A program made the translations under genes and the position numbers. Shown one piece after another: positions 1 through 14,348 of a stretch of DNA of 64,000 nt (the stretch's first letter is position 1; each line of letters opens with the position of its first letter). The notes beneath the pieces are model-generated. The model did no database searches. It was given only the letters and a program-made list of their open reading frames with translations, and was not told the DNA's origin. The DNA is taken from NCBI RefSeq assembly GCF_009914755.1, contig NC_060926.1; one strand, written 5' to 3'. Source of the stretch: the human T2T-CHM13v2.0 reference genome, Homo sapiens.

Positions 1-180
1 GACCTGGGTTTGAATCCCATCCTTTCACTTCAGTCACGTGCAATATTTCTTACCTTCCCTGAACTTCAACTTTTATTTCTGTAAAACAGGGATAATAATA
101 TATATCTGGCAGAATAGTGATTAGAAATAACTTGTGTAAAGTGCCCAGCAAAAGGTGAATGCTTAATAATGGTAACCATT
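1..180 (+). mobile_element. MIR SINE fragment
   Basis: gacctgggtttgaatccc...ctgtaaaacagggataata...gtaaagtgcccagca MIR core. Confidence 0.7.
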
Positions 181-449
181 GTTAAAACTGCTCTTTATGC
201 AACAGGAGAGAAGATATTTCTATTCTTTTGCTATTATGCCTCATTCTCCTTTCTCCACCGTAGCAGGACTTTACCCCTCAGTTACATATTTTCTAAAAAC
301 ATACTGTGAGCCCAACACTGTAGGGAACACAAATAACGTGTGGTGCTGTGACTCTGTCTTTAATCAATTACGCTCTTATGAAGAAAAGACAAAATGGACA
401 TGCATGAAACACAATAATAATAATATCTAATATAGATGGAGAATTTTAC

Positions 450-670
450 TCTGTGACATATTTGTGTTAATGCTTTACAAATTAGATCTCATATCCTCAT
501 CACAATCATCCAGTCAACAAAAGTATTGTTGTCATTCCAATTTTACAGAATAGAAAAACCTCAGAGAGGTTAGGAGTCTTGCCCAAGGTCACACAGCTAA
601 TAGTGGCAGAATCAGGACTTAAACTTGGGCCATCTGACTCTGGAACCTGAGCTCTTAACCACGCTGTTTA
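450..670 (-). mobile_element. MIR SINE
   Basis: attttacaga...ctcagagaggttag...cttgcccaaggtcacacagcta...tctgactc (antisense MIR core). Confidence 0.8.
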
Positions 671-3600
671 ATTGTTCACATGGACAGTATGAAGTGGTGC
701 AAACAAAGGGCTGTCAATTTTCAGAGACTGGACAGACCATAGTAGGGTGGAATTTACCCAGAACATTTTTTGGAGGGAGTGTACCTTCATCTGAGTCCCA
801 CAAGGCATTCTTTAAAAGGGAACGGTTAACAGTAAAATATAACAGTCACAAGAAGGTGAATTAGAAGTTCCCCATGAAACCACATGTCCATCATTTTTCT
901 GCTTGGCTTAATGCCAGGGCCTGAATCTTCTCAAGTAATTCATGGCTGGTTCAGGTGTCCCCAGCATCCTGTGATCTCATTTCTCTTACATCAATCATTT
1001 GGACATCATTGTTTAAGGAATCAAAGGATTTCTGTGCTGGAAGGGATGCCAGGAGCCCCGTCATGACCTCAAGGGAGAGGGTGGCAGTTGCCCAAGGTGA
1101 CACAGCTGCCCCAGCTAGGAATTGGGTCTCTTGACTGCCATACTCATTCTCTTTCTGCTTTGACACATTGGGACCCTGCCTTTGATGGCATCAAGGATGG
1201 TGGTATAGGTCTTACACAAATTCTCCCAGTTCTGTTTCAAGTGGTTAGCACATAGCACTGTGCAATACTCATTTCCTCATTGGTACTTACCTTCTCTTTA
1301 TCAAGGCAGTAAGAATTTCCCCAAAGACATTATTGGTCAGTCTGCATCTCCCTCATCAAAATGCTACTCTATTGTCTTGTTGAGAATCAAACACCATATG
1401 CTGGGGGCCCCTTCTCTCCTCCTCAGAAGTCGTGCTTCCCCCCAAACTGGAAGCAAAGCATGTTCACACTCAAAATCCTGAGCGTTTGATTAGATTTTAA
1501 AGTTGGCTGTACACCCTCTTCCTGCCACCCAATATGTTATGGGTTTGGCTGAAGAGGCTTTTGTTTTGAACTAATGTCTTTATTTAAAACAAAAATTCAG
1601 AGCCTGGTTCGACAAATGCATAAACAGGTATCCGATTTAGAGTGACTTCTTTGAAGAGGCAGCCTCTCGCCGGCTGTCAGTGGGTCCCTGCTGAGTTGTT
1701 TGATGCATTCACTGCATTTTATATTACTTAATGTGGCTTATGTATCTGCCAATAAATCTGAAATACAGGTCACAGAATATGTAGCTCAAGGAAATCCATA
1801 AAAGTAGTAGAGAGAGGCTTCACTAACTGCATCAGATTGCCAAAAGCTGAGGTCATTTCCTCTTGATAAAAATGTAGGGCTCCATAAATTATTTTTATCA
1901 CCTCCAGAGTCAAGCAAACAGTTTTGCACAGATGCCAAAGGGGTTTCATTGCCTTTTCTCCTCTTTAAGCTGAAAACATTTTCCCAAGTCTTCTGCAAAG
2001 TGATTGTGTTTATCCTCCCTGCACCACCCCCCGCAGCATTATTAACATCCTAGTTTATTGCATGTAAATCTAGGAACATAAACACAATTGCACCTGGCTA
2101 GGGTCTTCAGTGAAAGTGACGCAAACACCTGAGCCTAGAAGATGGTTCTGATCTTGGTTTAAATATTCCCCATGACTGGGAGTTGACATTGTTTCCTTGA
2201 AGATATTTTTAAGGAGATGTTAGGTATGCAGAGACAGTAAAAATGAGCAGTGAACATTCAGTGGAGAACTTTATAGAAAACACTACTGAATTAACTTACA
2301 GTACATTTGTTAAACATGAGCACCTCTAATAATGACATTTCATTTAACAATGCCCTTTGTCTTTTCAGTTCATCAGTTACCTATTTCAGTAATGAACTGC
2401 AGTCATACCATTCTGATTTTCTCCTAATGTAAAGGCTCAGCTCACTTCACCGCCAGTGAAGCATGATGCTATTATTCAGTTCCTGGCTTAGGAAAAAAGC
2501 TGTAGAATATATCACAATTCTAATTGGCTAACAAATATTAAGCCCTACAATTGTTAAGGGCACCCAGTGATTCTGTTTAGCTTTTGATGGGAATAAGTAA
2601 AATAAAGAAAGGGGAACGGTTTGAAGGAAAAAAAAAAAGGTTAGTATGTATACTTTATGAGCAGTAACCGAAGTATCCATTGAAAAAATATGAGCACACA
2701 TTATATTTAATAGCTCAAATGTTATCTTAATTCTTTATCAACAATTCATGCAGATAGTTTAATACCAAATATTTTAGTTAGGATTAACAATCTGTGAAAC
2801 AGAAGGTGCAGCAAATGAGAGATGGAATTTGTTCTACCTGCAGCCACACGAGGAGGCAAATGTAAGCTACTGGAAGGCTGGGTCACGCGTGAGACATTCT
2901 TTTTCTGCCAAGTAAATGCAGGCAGATTTGGAAAATATTATGTCTCTCGTAGCCCCTATTTATACTTCCCATGGAAGGTAATGAAGCCTGGGTCCAAATT
3001 TATTTTTGTCCCTTTTGCAAAGCTTTCTTCGGAATGAAAGATGGGCCCCTTCCTTGTTTTCCTTTTTCCACGTGGCAGAATTCACTAAGGCATCTCCCCG
3101 CTCTCTTTTTTGAACTCACAACAACATCTCATTAGTAAAGGCAAGATTCAGCTCACCATAATCTTTCCCCAGCTGAGGCAAAGCTGCACAATTTACAATA
3201 GATCTTTGGAAAACTGCTTTTAACCGAGTGCTGCTGCACCTATAGATCTCTCTCAATTACCCACAGTAAATTTAGGCATTGTACAAGAGCAAATTTTACA
3301 GTCCATGAAGAGATGAAGTGAAATCTAGATGAAATTCATAGTGACAGATTCCCAGTTAGTGCTGTGATGTGTCTGTATTACAGAAGATAGACATTCTATT
3401 AGCATGGAAGCTCCCGTAATGGACTGTGAATCATCTCAGGTAATAGAGATGCCAAGCAGAATGACTGAAAAGCACTATTGAATTCCATTAGAGCTCTTTG
3501 TTTTTAAATCAGTCATTTCTTGTGAATAACCAACTATACACTTCTTGACCCTATCTCCAAGTGATAATTGTGGACTAATATTACAATACATTAATCTGAG

Positions 3601-6600
3601 TTACTGTGCAATTAGCATTTCAGCTGCAGGCTTATTTGGGGTCTCCTAAATGCAAAGGCCCATTCCTTTGGAAGCCAGAGCTTATATTTCAAATGCGCAG
3701 TTTCAGAAAGGGCCTCTCTTCCATGATGCCATTTCTAGTTCCGTTTCCACATTCTGGAGTTGTTCCTTGGTCGTCTTGTTTTCAAGGATTTTGTATTGTA
3801 ACTTTGTGACTTCCTACCCCTTTTCATTTAAAGATTTCTGCCTACACCAGGCCAGACATCAAGGGAAAACAATTATCACAAAGGTAAGTCTATAAAGGAA
3901 ACCATTTTAAATAAGCCAAGTCAGCAAGTCTTTTCTTCCTTTTTAAAATCTCAAATATGTAGCTAATCTTTAGGAAAATAAAGAACATCACATTCTACTG
4001 CATAAACAGCCCCATCTAATCTATCAATCAAATATGATTGATCAGACACAGTGATTACTTGGATAATTAGTACAGGGTTTAGGTTTATGCAGTACTCTGA
4101 AGCCTTTGGGATGTCTGCATAATTACCATTTGTACAGTAGATCGAGTTATAGGAATTCTGCTAGTCGATTATAAACATGAAGCACTTAGAATAGACAACT
4201 CGAACTAGCACAAGTTTCTTAATTCATTGCATTTGATACAAATGCAATAGCTTGTCATGAGGCAAAGCTTTATTTGGCCAAAAGCTCTGAAGTTAGCATA
4301 TATACATTTAAAAAACAACCTATCTCTTCTTGTATCTAGTGTCTTCCACCAGATTTGCAAGGCAGGAGAGAGGTAATTTCACAAGGGGACTGTGGCATCC
4401 AAAGCACAGCAACTTGAGTTGAGCCACTTCAATATTCTCCCATAAATTCCCTGGGACAACTTTAAAAAGAGTCGACTTTACATCTTCTGTCTACAATCAT
4501 CTATTTTCACATCAAGATGAACAACATTATCCTCATCTGCGGGAGGATCTGAGACTAGCGCCTCGACACGAGGCTTTCTACTTAATGTTGTAATGACAGG
4601 TGTAAGATTAACTTTGTTAGGTGTCTAGCCACTCATGCAAACTAAATTAAATTAATGGAACAAATTTCTCTCATAATTAAGATAAAAATTCATGTCAGCT
4701 GTAACCTTGCTGTACACTAATTATATACAAATGATTTATCATCTGCTTCGCCCAGAATATTAATCCTTACCTCATTGATAACTGCAGCCAGTGTTAAGAG
4801 ATGAGAGTTGATTAACTATGACAGATTGGGCAACCACAGCCCTCGGTGCCGGCGCTACCAGTGAAACCAATAACACTCAAGTAGCTCTCTGTGTTTAAAA
4901 TGCATTCCCATGGAAACAGATGCATGCTTAATGAAGGATACTGAGATTATTTTCAATAATGACTGATATTGGAACAGTGGGCAGAGCTGATCAATAACAA
5001 TTAACCACTTAGTCTGCTAAAGACATGGTTAGAGAAAGCAGGTTATTTCCACATTAGCAGAACCTTATTCGAAGCCGAGTGCTCCATAATGTCTCTATGC
5101 TGCACCGTTTCCCTTTTTCCCTGCCTGGGAGGGGCTCCATGGTGGAGAGATGGTATTGTGCCAAGCGCCCTCCTGTCGCCTCTTAGCGCCTGCTTATGAA
5201 ATGAGTGATTGATGTTGCCAGCGGTTCTTTGGATGCTCTCAAGATAGCTGCCAAATGTATCAAGGAAAGTCCAAAAGCAACTGTGACCATGAAACTAATA
5301 TTGCTTTGTATGGATTTGGTTTGGTAGAAAACTTTACTGCCAAGGCGTAACTCAATTGTACAGAAATTTCTTTTGATCTTTCATTGTATGCTTTTTAATT
5401 TAATTTTAAAGAATCCAAGACGAGTCGTGTAGATATTTAAGGAAATCCTTTGCTTTGGACTCCTGTCATACTGGCTGGAAAGGGCTTTAATAACATAAAT
5501 TTAATAATAGATATGGCTTTCAACACTATTTGGAAATTTGCACTTTTATTTTGTATTAATTTGAATCACCCCAGGAGTCAAGATCTTGCAATGCTAATTA
5601 CTAATATAGACTCCCAGAATCCCTACCCTGACAGTCAGCTTGGAGAAATCCCAACTCCCTGGGCCAAAAAGTGTTAATAAAAAGTGATTAGCTACTTAGG
5701 CCAAGGCATATTATAATAATGCATTATATTTCCCTTGAATGGATGATATGTATTCTCATTTCTCTGAATGAAGAAAATGGTTGAGGGAGATGAAAATTCA
5801 GTCACTTCGACTGACATTATTACTGAAAGAATCAAGCTTTTAAAACAAATAGAAGAATGCTGCTTTCTCTGCACTTCTTAGATTTAAGACTCCAATCTGA
5901 AAATGCAAATAAACAGAAATATACTCTATTTACCAGTCTAGTTCATCTGTTTGTTCTATTTTGCAGACCTACGTGTGAACTAATGCAAGCAGCTAATGCC
6001 AAGCCTAACATGCTCCATATGTGTTAGAAGTTTTAAGGTGAAGAAAAGAACTGGCCTTTTTCTTCCTTTAGCCCTGTGAGACAGACATTCTGCACTTAAA
6101 TTATCAGCCACAGGGCATCCGTGGCTGGGAATCCAAACAGATGCTAATGAATTTGGAACAACATTTAAGTGGCTGAACAAAAATGGATCCTAAACACCCC
6201 CAAATCAAGTGCAACAAACAAGAAATAGGCTGACACATTTCTATCAGGAAGGCAACCAGAATGTCAAACTCTTGAATGATACTGGGTGATCTCAGCTCTG
6301 TTTTATCATCTCAGTAAATAAATCTAGAGATGATAAACAACCATAAATACCTGCAACAAATGCTCCATAAAAACCAAATCTTAAATATATTCCACACATT
6401 CCTCTCCAATCACCATCCTCCACCCCGCCCCCATCAAAAAATGACTAACCTTTTGCCAAACCTCTAGGTAGACATAGAATTACATTTAACACAAAGGTAG
6501 TAATAATAATACTATATTTTTGACCTACAGAAACTAGAGTATCAGAAGAAAACAAAATGACATTCTCAGAGTACAGGCTCACTGATTGTTCTTATTAGGG

Positions 6601-7639
6601 GTATCTGTTTACTACCTTTCTGAAAACACCATGATCTTCCCCCAGTGCTGAGGACTTGAATCCTTACTACAGCTAAAACAGTTACACCCCTCCACCCTGG
6701 CTGGAAATGCAGTAGAGGCAATTACCCTTTCCCTACCATCTGAACAACACAATTATTGGGAAGATAATAAGATTATCCAGGCTTTTGCTTCTTAAAATTA
6801 TACTGAGGAACACAAACTGAATACTGTTTCTTATGCATTCATCTTAAAAACAAATAAGGGAAGTAAAAATGTGCCTCTAAGCTAATGAGGACCTTGAGAC
6901 GGAGCCATAGATACATTTTCTCACTTGCCTAATGAGCAAAGTGACAGACAGTGAAACAGTTCACACTTGAGTAATTCTCTAGTCATCAGCAACTGCAGAG
7001 GGGCCCCTCCTGCTAGGGTTGTGGAGGGGGGTGGTCAGGAGATGTAATAAATAGACCCTGGCTCTGCTGGCCAGAATAAGTTATCACAAAGAGAGAGGTC
7101 TTAGGGTACACTCCCCAAGGAAATTTAACCTGAAAAAAGAGCCCATCGAAGGCATCTCCAGCCTTACATTCAATTAGAATTAAATTAAAACAATGGAAAA
7201 AAGAAATCACCTGCTCCTCATCAGGCCAGCTGCCTGGAGCGCGTGGGGTGGCTAGGAATCCGGAAGGCAATGACCCCTCCCCACTGGGATCTACACACTG
7301 TTTTTAAACGGCGCTGTCTTCTCTAGACCTCGTTGTCACGGAAGCATCCTTTCCGGGGAAAATGGGGAAAGTGGGCAAAGGTTAAAGCCAGTCAAGGTGG
7401 TGAAGAAGGGGTGTGTGTGTGTGTGCACAAGCACACATGCGTCCAAGAGATAGGTAGAAAGCATCTTTTTATTGACTACTTTCATGGGCCTATGCAAGTG
7501 TGCATAGGGGAAGCAGATCTTGCAAATCCACCACCTTTCTGGTTTGATCATTAGAAGGAAGGGAACTGAAACTTGTTCCTCCACAACTATGCACCAGGCC
7601 CTGTTTGTCCTTATTGCAACCTCCTGCTGACACTGGGTG

Positions 7640-7790
7640 TGGGCTCTGTGCTAGTTTAGCCACTTTAAAGGGGAACGAACTGAGGTCTCAGTCTGCTAAG
7701 CTATTTGCTGAAGCTCACATGGCCAGTAAATGGAAGCAGAGATCCAAATTTCAGCTTGCTTGGCTCCAAAGCCCAAAGCCTATGCTCTTT
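7640..7790 (-). mobile_element. MIR SINE fragment
   Basis: aactgaggtctcag...gctcacatggccagtaaatggaagcagagat...ctccaaagccc. Confidence 0.6.
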
Positions 7791-10700
7791 CCACTCAAAA
7801 TCTCCCGGTATCCCTCACCAGGAGGCTGATAAAGGAAAAGTGCCGAGTGAGACGTTGGCCAGAGAAATGGGAGCTGAGCTCAAAACATGATGTCTCTTGT
7901 CCATTATCACTAGTTTATCCCTGGGCCCTAGCAGGTTGGTGTGATTCAGGACCAAAGCTCAACACCAGGGTTCCCAGGATGCCAAATATACAACATCTGC
8001 AATCTTCAGCCATTTATTTTGATATCACTTAATATCACACATACATATGGTTTAAAACCTGTTCAAGATATTTAGCACATTCTGTGTCTTTTTATCTTTA
8101 GTGCTTTAATTGCCACAGTATCTTCAAAATTAGTGGGCCGATTCTAGCACTTAGAAGAGAAGCCTGTTTAATGCGTGCCAGTGCTCCGTCTTCTAGAGGT
8201 TCTTTACTTTATTCAAATTACTAATCATTTAGAGCATCACTAAAAGCCTTTTTCCCTTGCTCCCCATGCATGCTTAACCTAATTAACTATAAATGAGGAA
8301 AATGCTATCCACATTAAAAGGAAATGTTAAACTATAAATTATCCCACTAATTCTGGTGAGGCTAAGGCCTCCTTTAGAAAGCTCAACTGTGGGGCAGAAT
8401 TTCAGTTTGTGTGCATCCTCTGCCCTACCTCACTAGAATGGGCTGCAGAATCTCCCATTTCTGGTGGATCCCTTTGTCTGTATTTATATTTTCTCAAATT
8501 GACTCCCTTTGTGTTTGTTTACATACTCTCAGGAAACTCGAATAATCTATAAAATGCCCCCAGGAGCCCACTGGGGTGGAAATCTATCAAGTGACAATCT
8601 AGATTTGTCCCTCAGTGCAGAAAATTCCTCATACACTTCTCCCAGACAGATCCAGCCATAGGAAGCCAACAGTGTCTTGAGAGCCTCAGATCATAGATCC
8701 CAAAATATTCTCCCTCTGGCTGACCACATCTGACCGGGCCTTGTGATGGCTTCCTTCTGAGCCACTCCATTAGGGGGGTTGACACAAATAGGGCAACTCT
8801 CTTGAAAATTCTTGTTAGAAAGAATACCCATTAACACATTAATCTGAAAGATCAAATTAATTTGTCAAATTATCCTAGATTTGACCTTCGAGAGCTGAGG
8901 GCAGGCCTCTGTCAGAACAGAGTATGGAACATGAAATTGGTTATGGAGCCGGACGAGAGGCTGAGAATGTGGATCGTCCTCCGAAGACGCTGTCCAGGGA
9001 AGACCTGGAGTGAATCATGGGCCAAGGGTGGAGGCCAAGTTACGGGGACAGAGAGGCGAAGACAAGGGCAGCAGTGCCCACAACAGGAATTCCTACCCTT
9101 CAACTTTGTTCATAGTGGTCCCTACTTTTAATATATGTAATGTATTAAGACAGACAATTCTGAGGTTGTAGTAACAAGGGAAATGCAACTGGCACAGACA
9201 ACCACTGATTCTTTTTTTCATGACTCCCCTATTCGTGCTAACCTTTGTTCTGTGCCAAGTTCATGACAAACCCCAGTTCATTCCTGCAGCAATGGGGGAA
9301 ACTCTAATCTTTGAGGGTATTGGAAGGCTTCTGCCCTGCAGTCTTGTTGTGGGTTTACGCCTCCAATTCCTACCCTGGGCTCTGTGAGATGGGGAGTAGT
9401 AGAGGCTGTGATCAGGCCACTGGGGAATACCCAAGTCCAAGCAGGCTTGACATCCACATGTGCAGTCAATTCTTGATTATCCACACCAATGGTCTGTGAC
9501 CCAGGCCCAGGTAATCCCAAATAATTGACAATCCAAAAGGAATTTTCTCTTTGGTTTTGGAATATGCTTTGCTTTTTCCAGCTGCAGATCCCCTCTCCCA
9601 CTTACACTTTCCTTGTCGGATATTAAGAATCATTTATGTTCCTTTAGTTGGGCACTTGGTCTGAGCAATGGCTTGAAGTCAGCTTCATATTGAAAATTTG
9701 CCTACTCCATAGACAAATGATTCCCTTGCAGGCAGTTGAATTTGACAGTATCATATATTGCATAAAGAATCATCTGTCCAGGCTAGTGTTGTTAATTCAT
9801 TCATTCACCCATTCGACACACATGCATTGAGCTCCTACTGTGTTCTAGGACTGCACAATAAATTAGAGCTATGGAGATGAAAGATGGAGCCCCAGCTCTC
9901 AAGGGATGTACCTTCTAGTGGGGCTTAATGGAATAGATTTTAGTATTTTCCTCCGGACCTGCACAGACCCACTGCATATTCACTTATTCCCATTTTCAGC
10001 TCCTCATCTAACTCCTTTTGTGTCAGGAGTTTCAATATTTTTGGGAAAGTGCTGTAGATGATTGCTGGGTTGGGCAGTGTTTCCCAGAGATGGAAAGAAC
10101 CCAGGCCACTTTCATTTTTGAGGGTCCAGATATATTAAAAATAGAAGAGATGCCAAAACAGGGGTGCAAATGTGTGGTGGATTTTAAATGTTTACATTTA
10201 ATAAATTAATATTTTGATACTGCAAAATTATAGTGATCATATAACTGCATTTGGAGAAAATGTCAGAAGTCTAAATTCCAAGCCCTTTATGAACGTGAGA
10301 TCTGGCTCCTCTCTTTCCCATTCCCTGCTCATGCTCAACCCCTGCCAAGAAAAGCCCTGATTGTGGGAAAGGAAGTCTAAATGGGACTAAATGGGGAGCC
10401 ATTTTAATGCTCAAAGGAACCTCTACAGACATGAAGCACAGTTGGTCCATGGCTCTGTGCCTTGTGGTCACAGGGAATAGTTCTCAGCAAGGCAGACACA
10501 TCTTAAGCTCTTTGACTCAAGAGGCATCAAATCAATTTGTTTCTACAAAGTTCTCCCATTCCCATGGCATCAAAAGGACCCTAGCGGAGTGCGTGGCTAA
10601 CAGCTACCACTTTGTTAAGCCCATCCCTTCTGAGTATCACCATCTTCTTCATTGCCACCTCCACACACCCCAGTATTTACCCTTAGCCCTCTTATTGAAA

Positions 10701-11520
10701 AGTCCATGGAAGATAAGGAACTTCAGACATGAAAATTGGAGTTAAGGCTCAGAGGTTGCTACTCATCTTATATTTTTATGTTTCTGAACATAAAACAATA
10801 AAGAGAGCATACGAAATAAATTTCTGGTGACATTTCACCCACTCAGTTATGATGGATGCTGTATAATTATTTTTATCTTAGTATCCATTGCTTATTAGGA
10901 ACTTAACAGGAATTCTCTCCCAGAGAAGATCAGTGTAATGTTTGTAAACTTTTTTTTTCAGATAATAGGAACAGGAAGAGGCATTTTCTCTCTGTCTCTT
11001 TCCTCTTCCTAAATGTTCTGTGTTTGTTCGTGTTTGAAATCAGAAATATTAACTCCCACAACCAAGACCCTGGGTCCCCTGTGGTCTAGAAACACAGACT
11101 AGTTAAGGAGTGTAAGTTGGAAAAGGCCTTGGGATGCTTTCATGACTAATTTGGTTTATTTGAAATATCTGTCTAGGAGCCAGGATTACAGCTTCAGCTC
11201 TGCCTGTGGCCCTATTAATACACAGCTTAGCTCTTTGCTTCCTGGAAGAATCAGGCATCTTGTTCTTTTTTCAACTTCCTTCAGAGTGTCTCATGCTTCA
11301 TTGCAAAACATCTACTCTTCCTTTGCCTGATACTTTAGTCTTTATTTCTGCTCCCAATGCCTAATTTCTTTATTTTTCTAGTTATTTCAAACAGGAGTGA
11401 TTCACAAGTCATGCAGACTAGAATCGAAATGCTTGTGGTTGCTAACAGGGCATTCAGAACTCAATCCTTTAATACACACATTTCCCACAGGAGAACTTGT
11501 GGTTTAGAAGCATTCTCTTG

Positions 11521-11524
<4 letters not shown>

Positions 11525-11558
<34 letters not shown>

Positions 11559-11595
11559 TTGTGTATGTGTGTATGTGTGTGTGTGTATGTGTGTG
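11525..11595. repeat. (TG)n dinucleotide microsatellite, imperfect 3' half
   Basis: About 15 perfect GT units followed by interrupted TG repeats. Confidence 0.95.
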
Positions 11596-11819
11596 GTTAA
11601 AGGTTTGTAGGTCGAATAGTCAGAACAGGAGGTTGGAAGCCACAAAAAGAACAAAAGGAATGGACTTGTGCTTGTGAAGGAGCAGGTGAGAGGAGAAGGC
11701 CTCATTAGTCCCTACAGTGGGGAGAGATGAAGTTAGTGCAAACTTTTGTGAAGTCAGACTCATTTTACACAGAATGTGACGATTTGCCGTCCATTGAGAG
11801 AAAAACTCATGGTTTAAAT

Positions 11820-12020
11820 GAAAGCTAACATTTAGCAAGCATTTATTGTGGCAGGCACTGCATAAGTGCTTTACATAAATGCATCTCACTCAATCTTTCT
11901 CAACATCTCTCTGAATGGAACCTGTAAAAATCCCTATTTTACAAAGCCACGAAGTAGAGAGGGTAAGAATTGACCTTGGGTCTGTACGACTCTAGAGTCT
12001 GAGGGCTTGACCATCACCAT
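11820..12020 (-). mobile_element. MIR SINE
   Basis: gctaacatttagcaagcattt...aggcactg...taagtgctttaca...cctattttaca. Confidence 0.65.
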
Positions 12021-12119
12021 GACACAAAACACATGCTTAGGAGCTACTCTCAGAGCAGAGGTCATCCCTGTCTTTGTATTGACTGGGAGAGGGAAAGCAG
12101 GACTAGTGCTGTAGTCTGT

Positions 12120-12500
12120 TCCAGGTCCATACTGCTGGGTAACACACTGCTATAAAACCTACCACTTTATAGTATCTCACGATTGTGTGGCTCAGAAATT
12201 TAGGCAGGGCTCAGCTGGCAATTCCACTTCTAGTAGTTTTGACGTAGGTCACTCACTGGTATTCAGCAGGTGGATGGGCTGGTCTAGAGGCTCCAAGACA
12301 GCTTCAGCTGCACGTCTGCTGCCTGGCAGGCACAGGTGAAATGTTGGGTTCATTTGAGACCATGATCACCGTATGGTGGTCTCAGGCTTTTTGAACGTCT
12401 CATATGGCTGCTCAGGACCCCAGAGAGAGTATTCCAAGATTCAGAAACGAGAAGCTTGAGTCCTGGGCCCAGAGCTGGCACAGCCTCACTTCTATAGTAT
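12120..12500. mobile_element. MaLR LTR (MLT1-like) remnant
   Basis: ctcacgattgtgtggctcagaaatttaggcagggctcagctgg motif typical of MLT1 LTRs. Confidence 0.55.
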
Positions 12501-12769
12501 TCTCAAGCTTATTGAAAGGAGAGTCACTCCCCGCTGACCCTCCTCCTATGCTTTCCACATGTTCCCCACCCTCAGGCTCCTGCCCCTACCAGCCCTCTGA
12601 CACTGCCCTACTTGAGGTCACCAAGGATCTCTTCATCACCAAACTCAAATATCATTTTGCTCCTGTCTGTATCTTACACAATTTCTCAGCAACAGCTGAC
12701 TTTGCCAATCATTTCTTTCTTGCAACTCTGCTTTCTTGGCCGTTCACACTACCTTCTCCTCCTCTGCTT

Positions 12770-12960
12770 TGTCTTCCCCCAGGGAGATTTGGCAATGTCC
12801 AGAGACATTTTTAGTCATCACAACTGGGGTGCTACTGACATCTAGTGGGTAAAGGTCAGTGTTGTTGTTAAATATCCTATAAGGTACAGGATGGCCCCCA
12901 CAACAAAAAAATTACCCAGTCCTAAATGCCAGTAGTGCTGAGGTTGAGAAATCCTGCTGT
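12770..12960. mobile_element. MER20 hAT-Charlie DNA transposon
   Basis: cccccagggagatttggcaatgtccagagacattttt...ctactgacatctagtgggta...gctgaggttgagaaatcctgct. Confidence 0.85.
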
Positions 12961-14348
12961 GGTTTTTAAAAAGAGGGTACTGGAGACAGGATGAATCTTG
13001 GCACAAAGGAAACTCACTAATGGCAGAGTTTCTGGCCTCCTTGGGGAGTTATCTCTGAAAAGGGACTCCTTTCTGGTAAACAACATGGTGTAATGGAAGG
13101 GGAAGGGTTTTGTGGTCAATAGATCTAGGTTTAAATCCTAACTTTCCTAAAGTGGAGGTCATAATTTCTATTTTGTGGAGTTGTCTTGATGAACAAATCA
13201 GATAACCTATATAAAGTATACAGTCAGTTCATAAATGGTAGCCCTCCCCCTTAAATCACATGATATAGCAGATGTCATGATATAGCAAGAGGTGGCTGGC
13301 ACATAATAAGAGCTGAATAAATATTTGCAGGATGAAATATGAATAAACTCATTGCCTTACTCCTTTAAGAAGTTGGTTGCCATGAGAGCTCTCTAGCTAG
13401 AAATGATTTATTTTTTTCTGTCCTTTTTGGACCTAAGGTTTAGAGATAAGTTTCACAACTCTGCATCATAGTCTGGCCCCATCAGTATAATAGCTAGTGA
13501 GGTTTTATGAGGCCAGGCCATTGGCTTGGCATGCAATCCTCCAATTAGAGGGCATGTGACTGCCCATAATATAAAACAGGAAATATGGATAGCTTTATTC
13601 TCTTGTGGACACAGTAAAATTGGCAGAGAAGAATAATAAATTCAGAGACCTATGTGGTATCTCTTGTCCTCAGTATTGATACTAATAGTGAAAAGAAAAG
13701 TTTGTATATTTGGGCATGGGGAGTGGTCTCTTCCCCTTTATCTTTTTGGTGTCTATGAACAATGCATCAACCTAACTTTCTGCTGAGATTCAAAGACAGA
13801 ATTACCATGGAGACCACCTCCTTGGGATTTTCTGTAGTACAAAATCATTGACATTAACATCTCCCTATAACTCCTTGTCTTGTTCTGATTCACCTTCCAT
13901 ATTGTAATCAGGGTAAGCTCTTGGAAACACACACTTTATCATGATACAATCCCCTACTCCCTATTAAATACATTTCAAAACATGTCATACAAGCCCCCAT
14001 GTGGTCAGGCCTTTCCATCCTTTGCTTCAGACTTCAACTTACCTCCCTGCATCAAAGCCCCTTCACAGAGCTGTGTCTCTCTCCTTCACGGTCCTTGGCA
14101 AAGCTATACAATGGTTCATTTGTTAGTGTCCTTCTTTGATTAGCATCAGTCTCTCTCTCGTAAACTCTTTGCTCCATGACAGCTGGGATTGTGTATCTTT
14201 TAGCTTTCATAGTATCCCCAGAGCCTGGCACATCCCCTGAGCCTGGCTCAGTCAAGTCTTCCTAAATAAATGAATATTTAAACAGAATAGATGATATCAT
14301 TAGTAAACATTACTTTCCTACTTCAGCCTAGGACCTAACCAAAACCCA

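Noticed and set aside
11357-11705. CVCV/HTHT-rich ORFs
   Set aside because: Translation of the (TG)n microsatellite.
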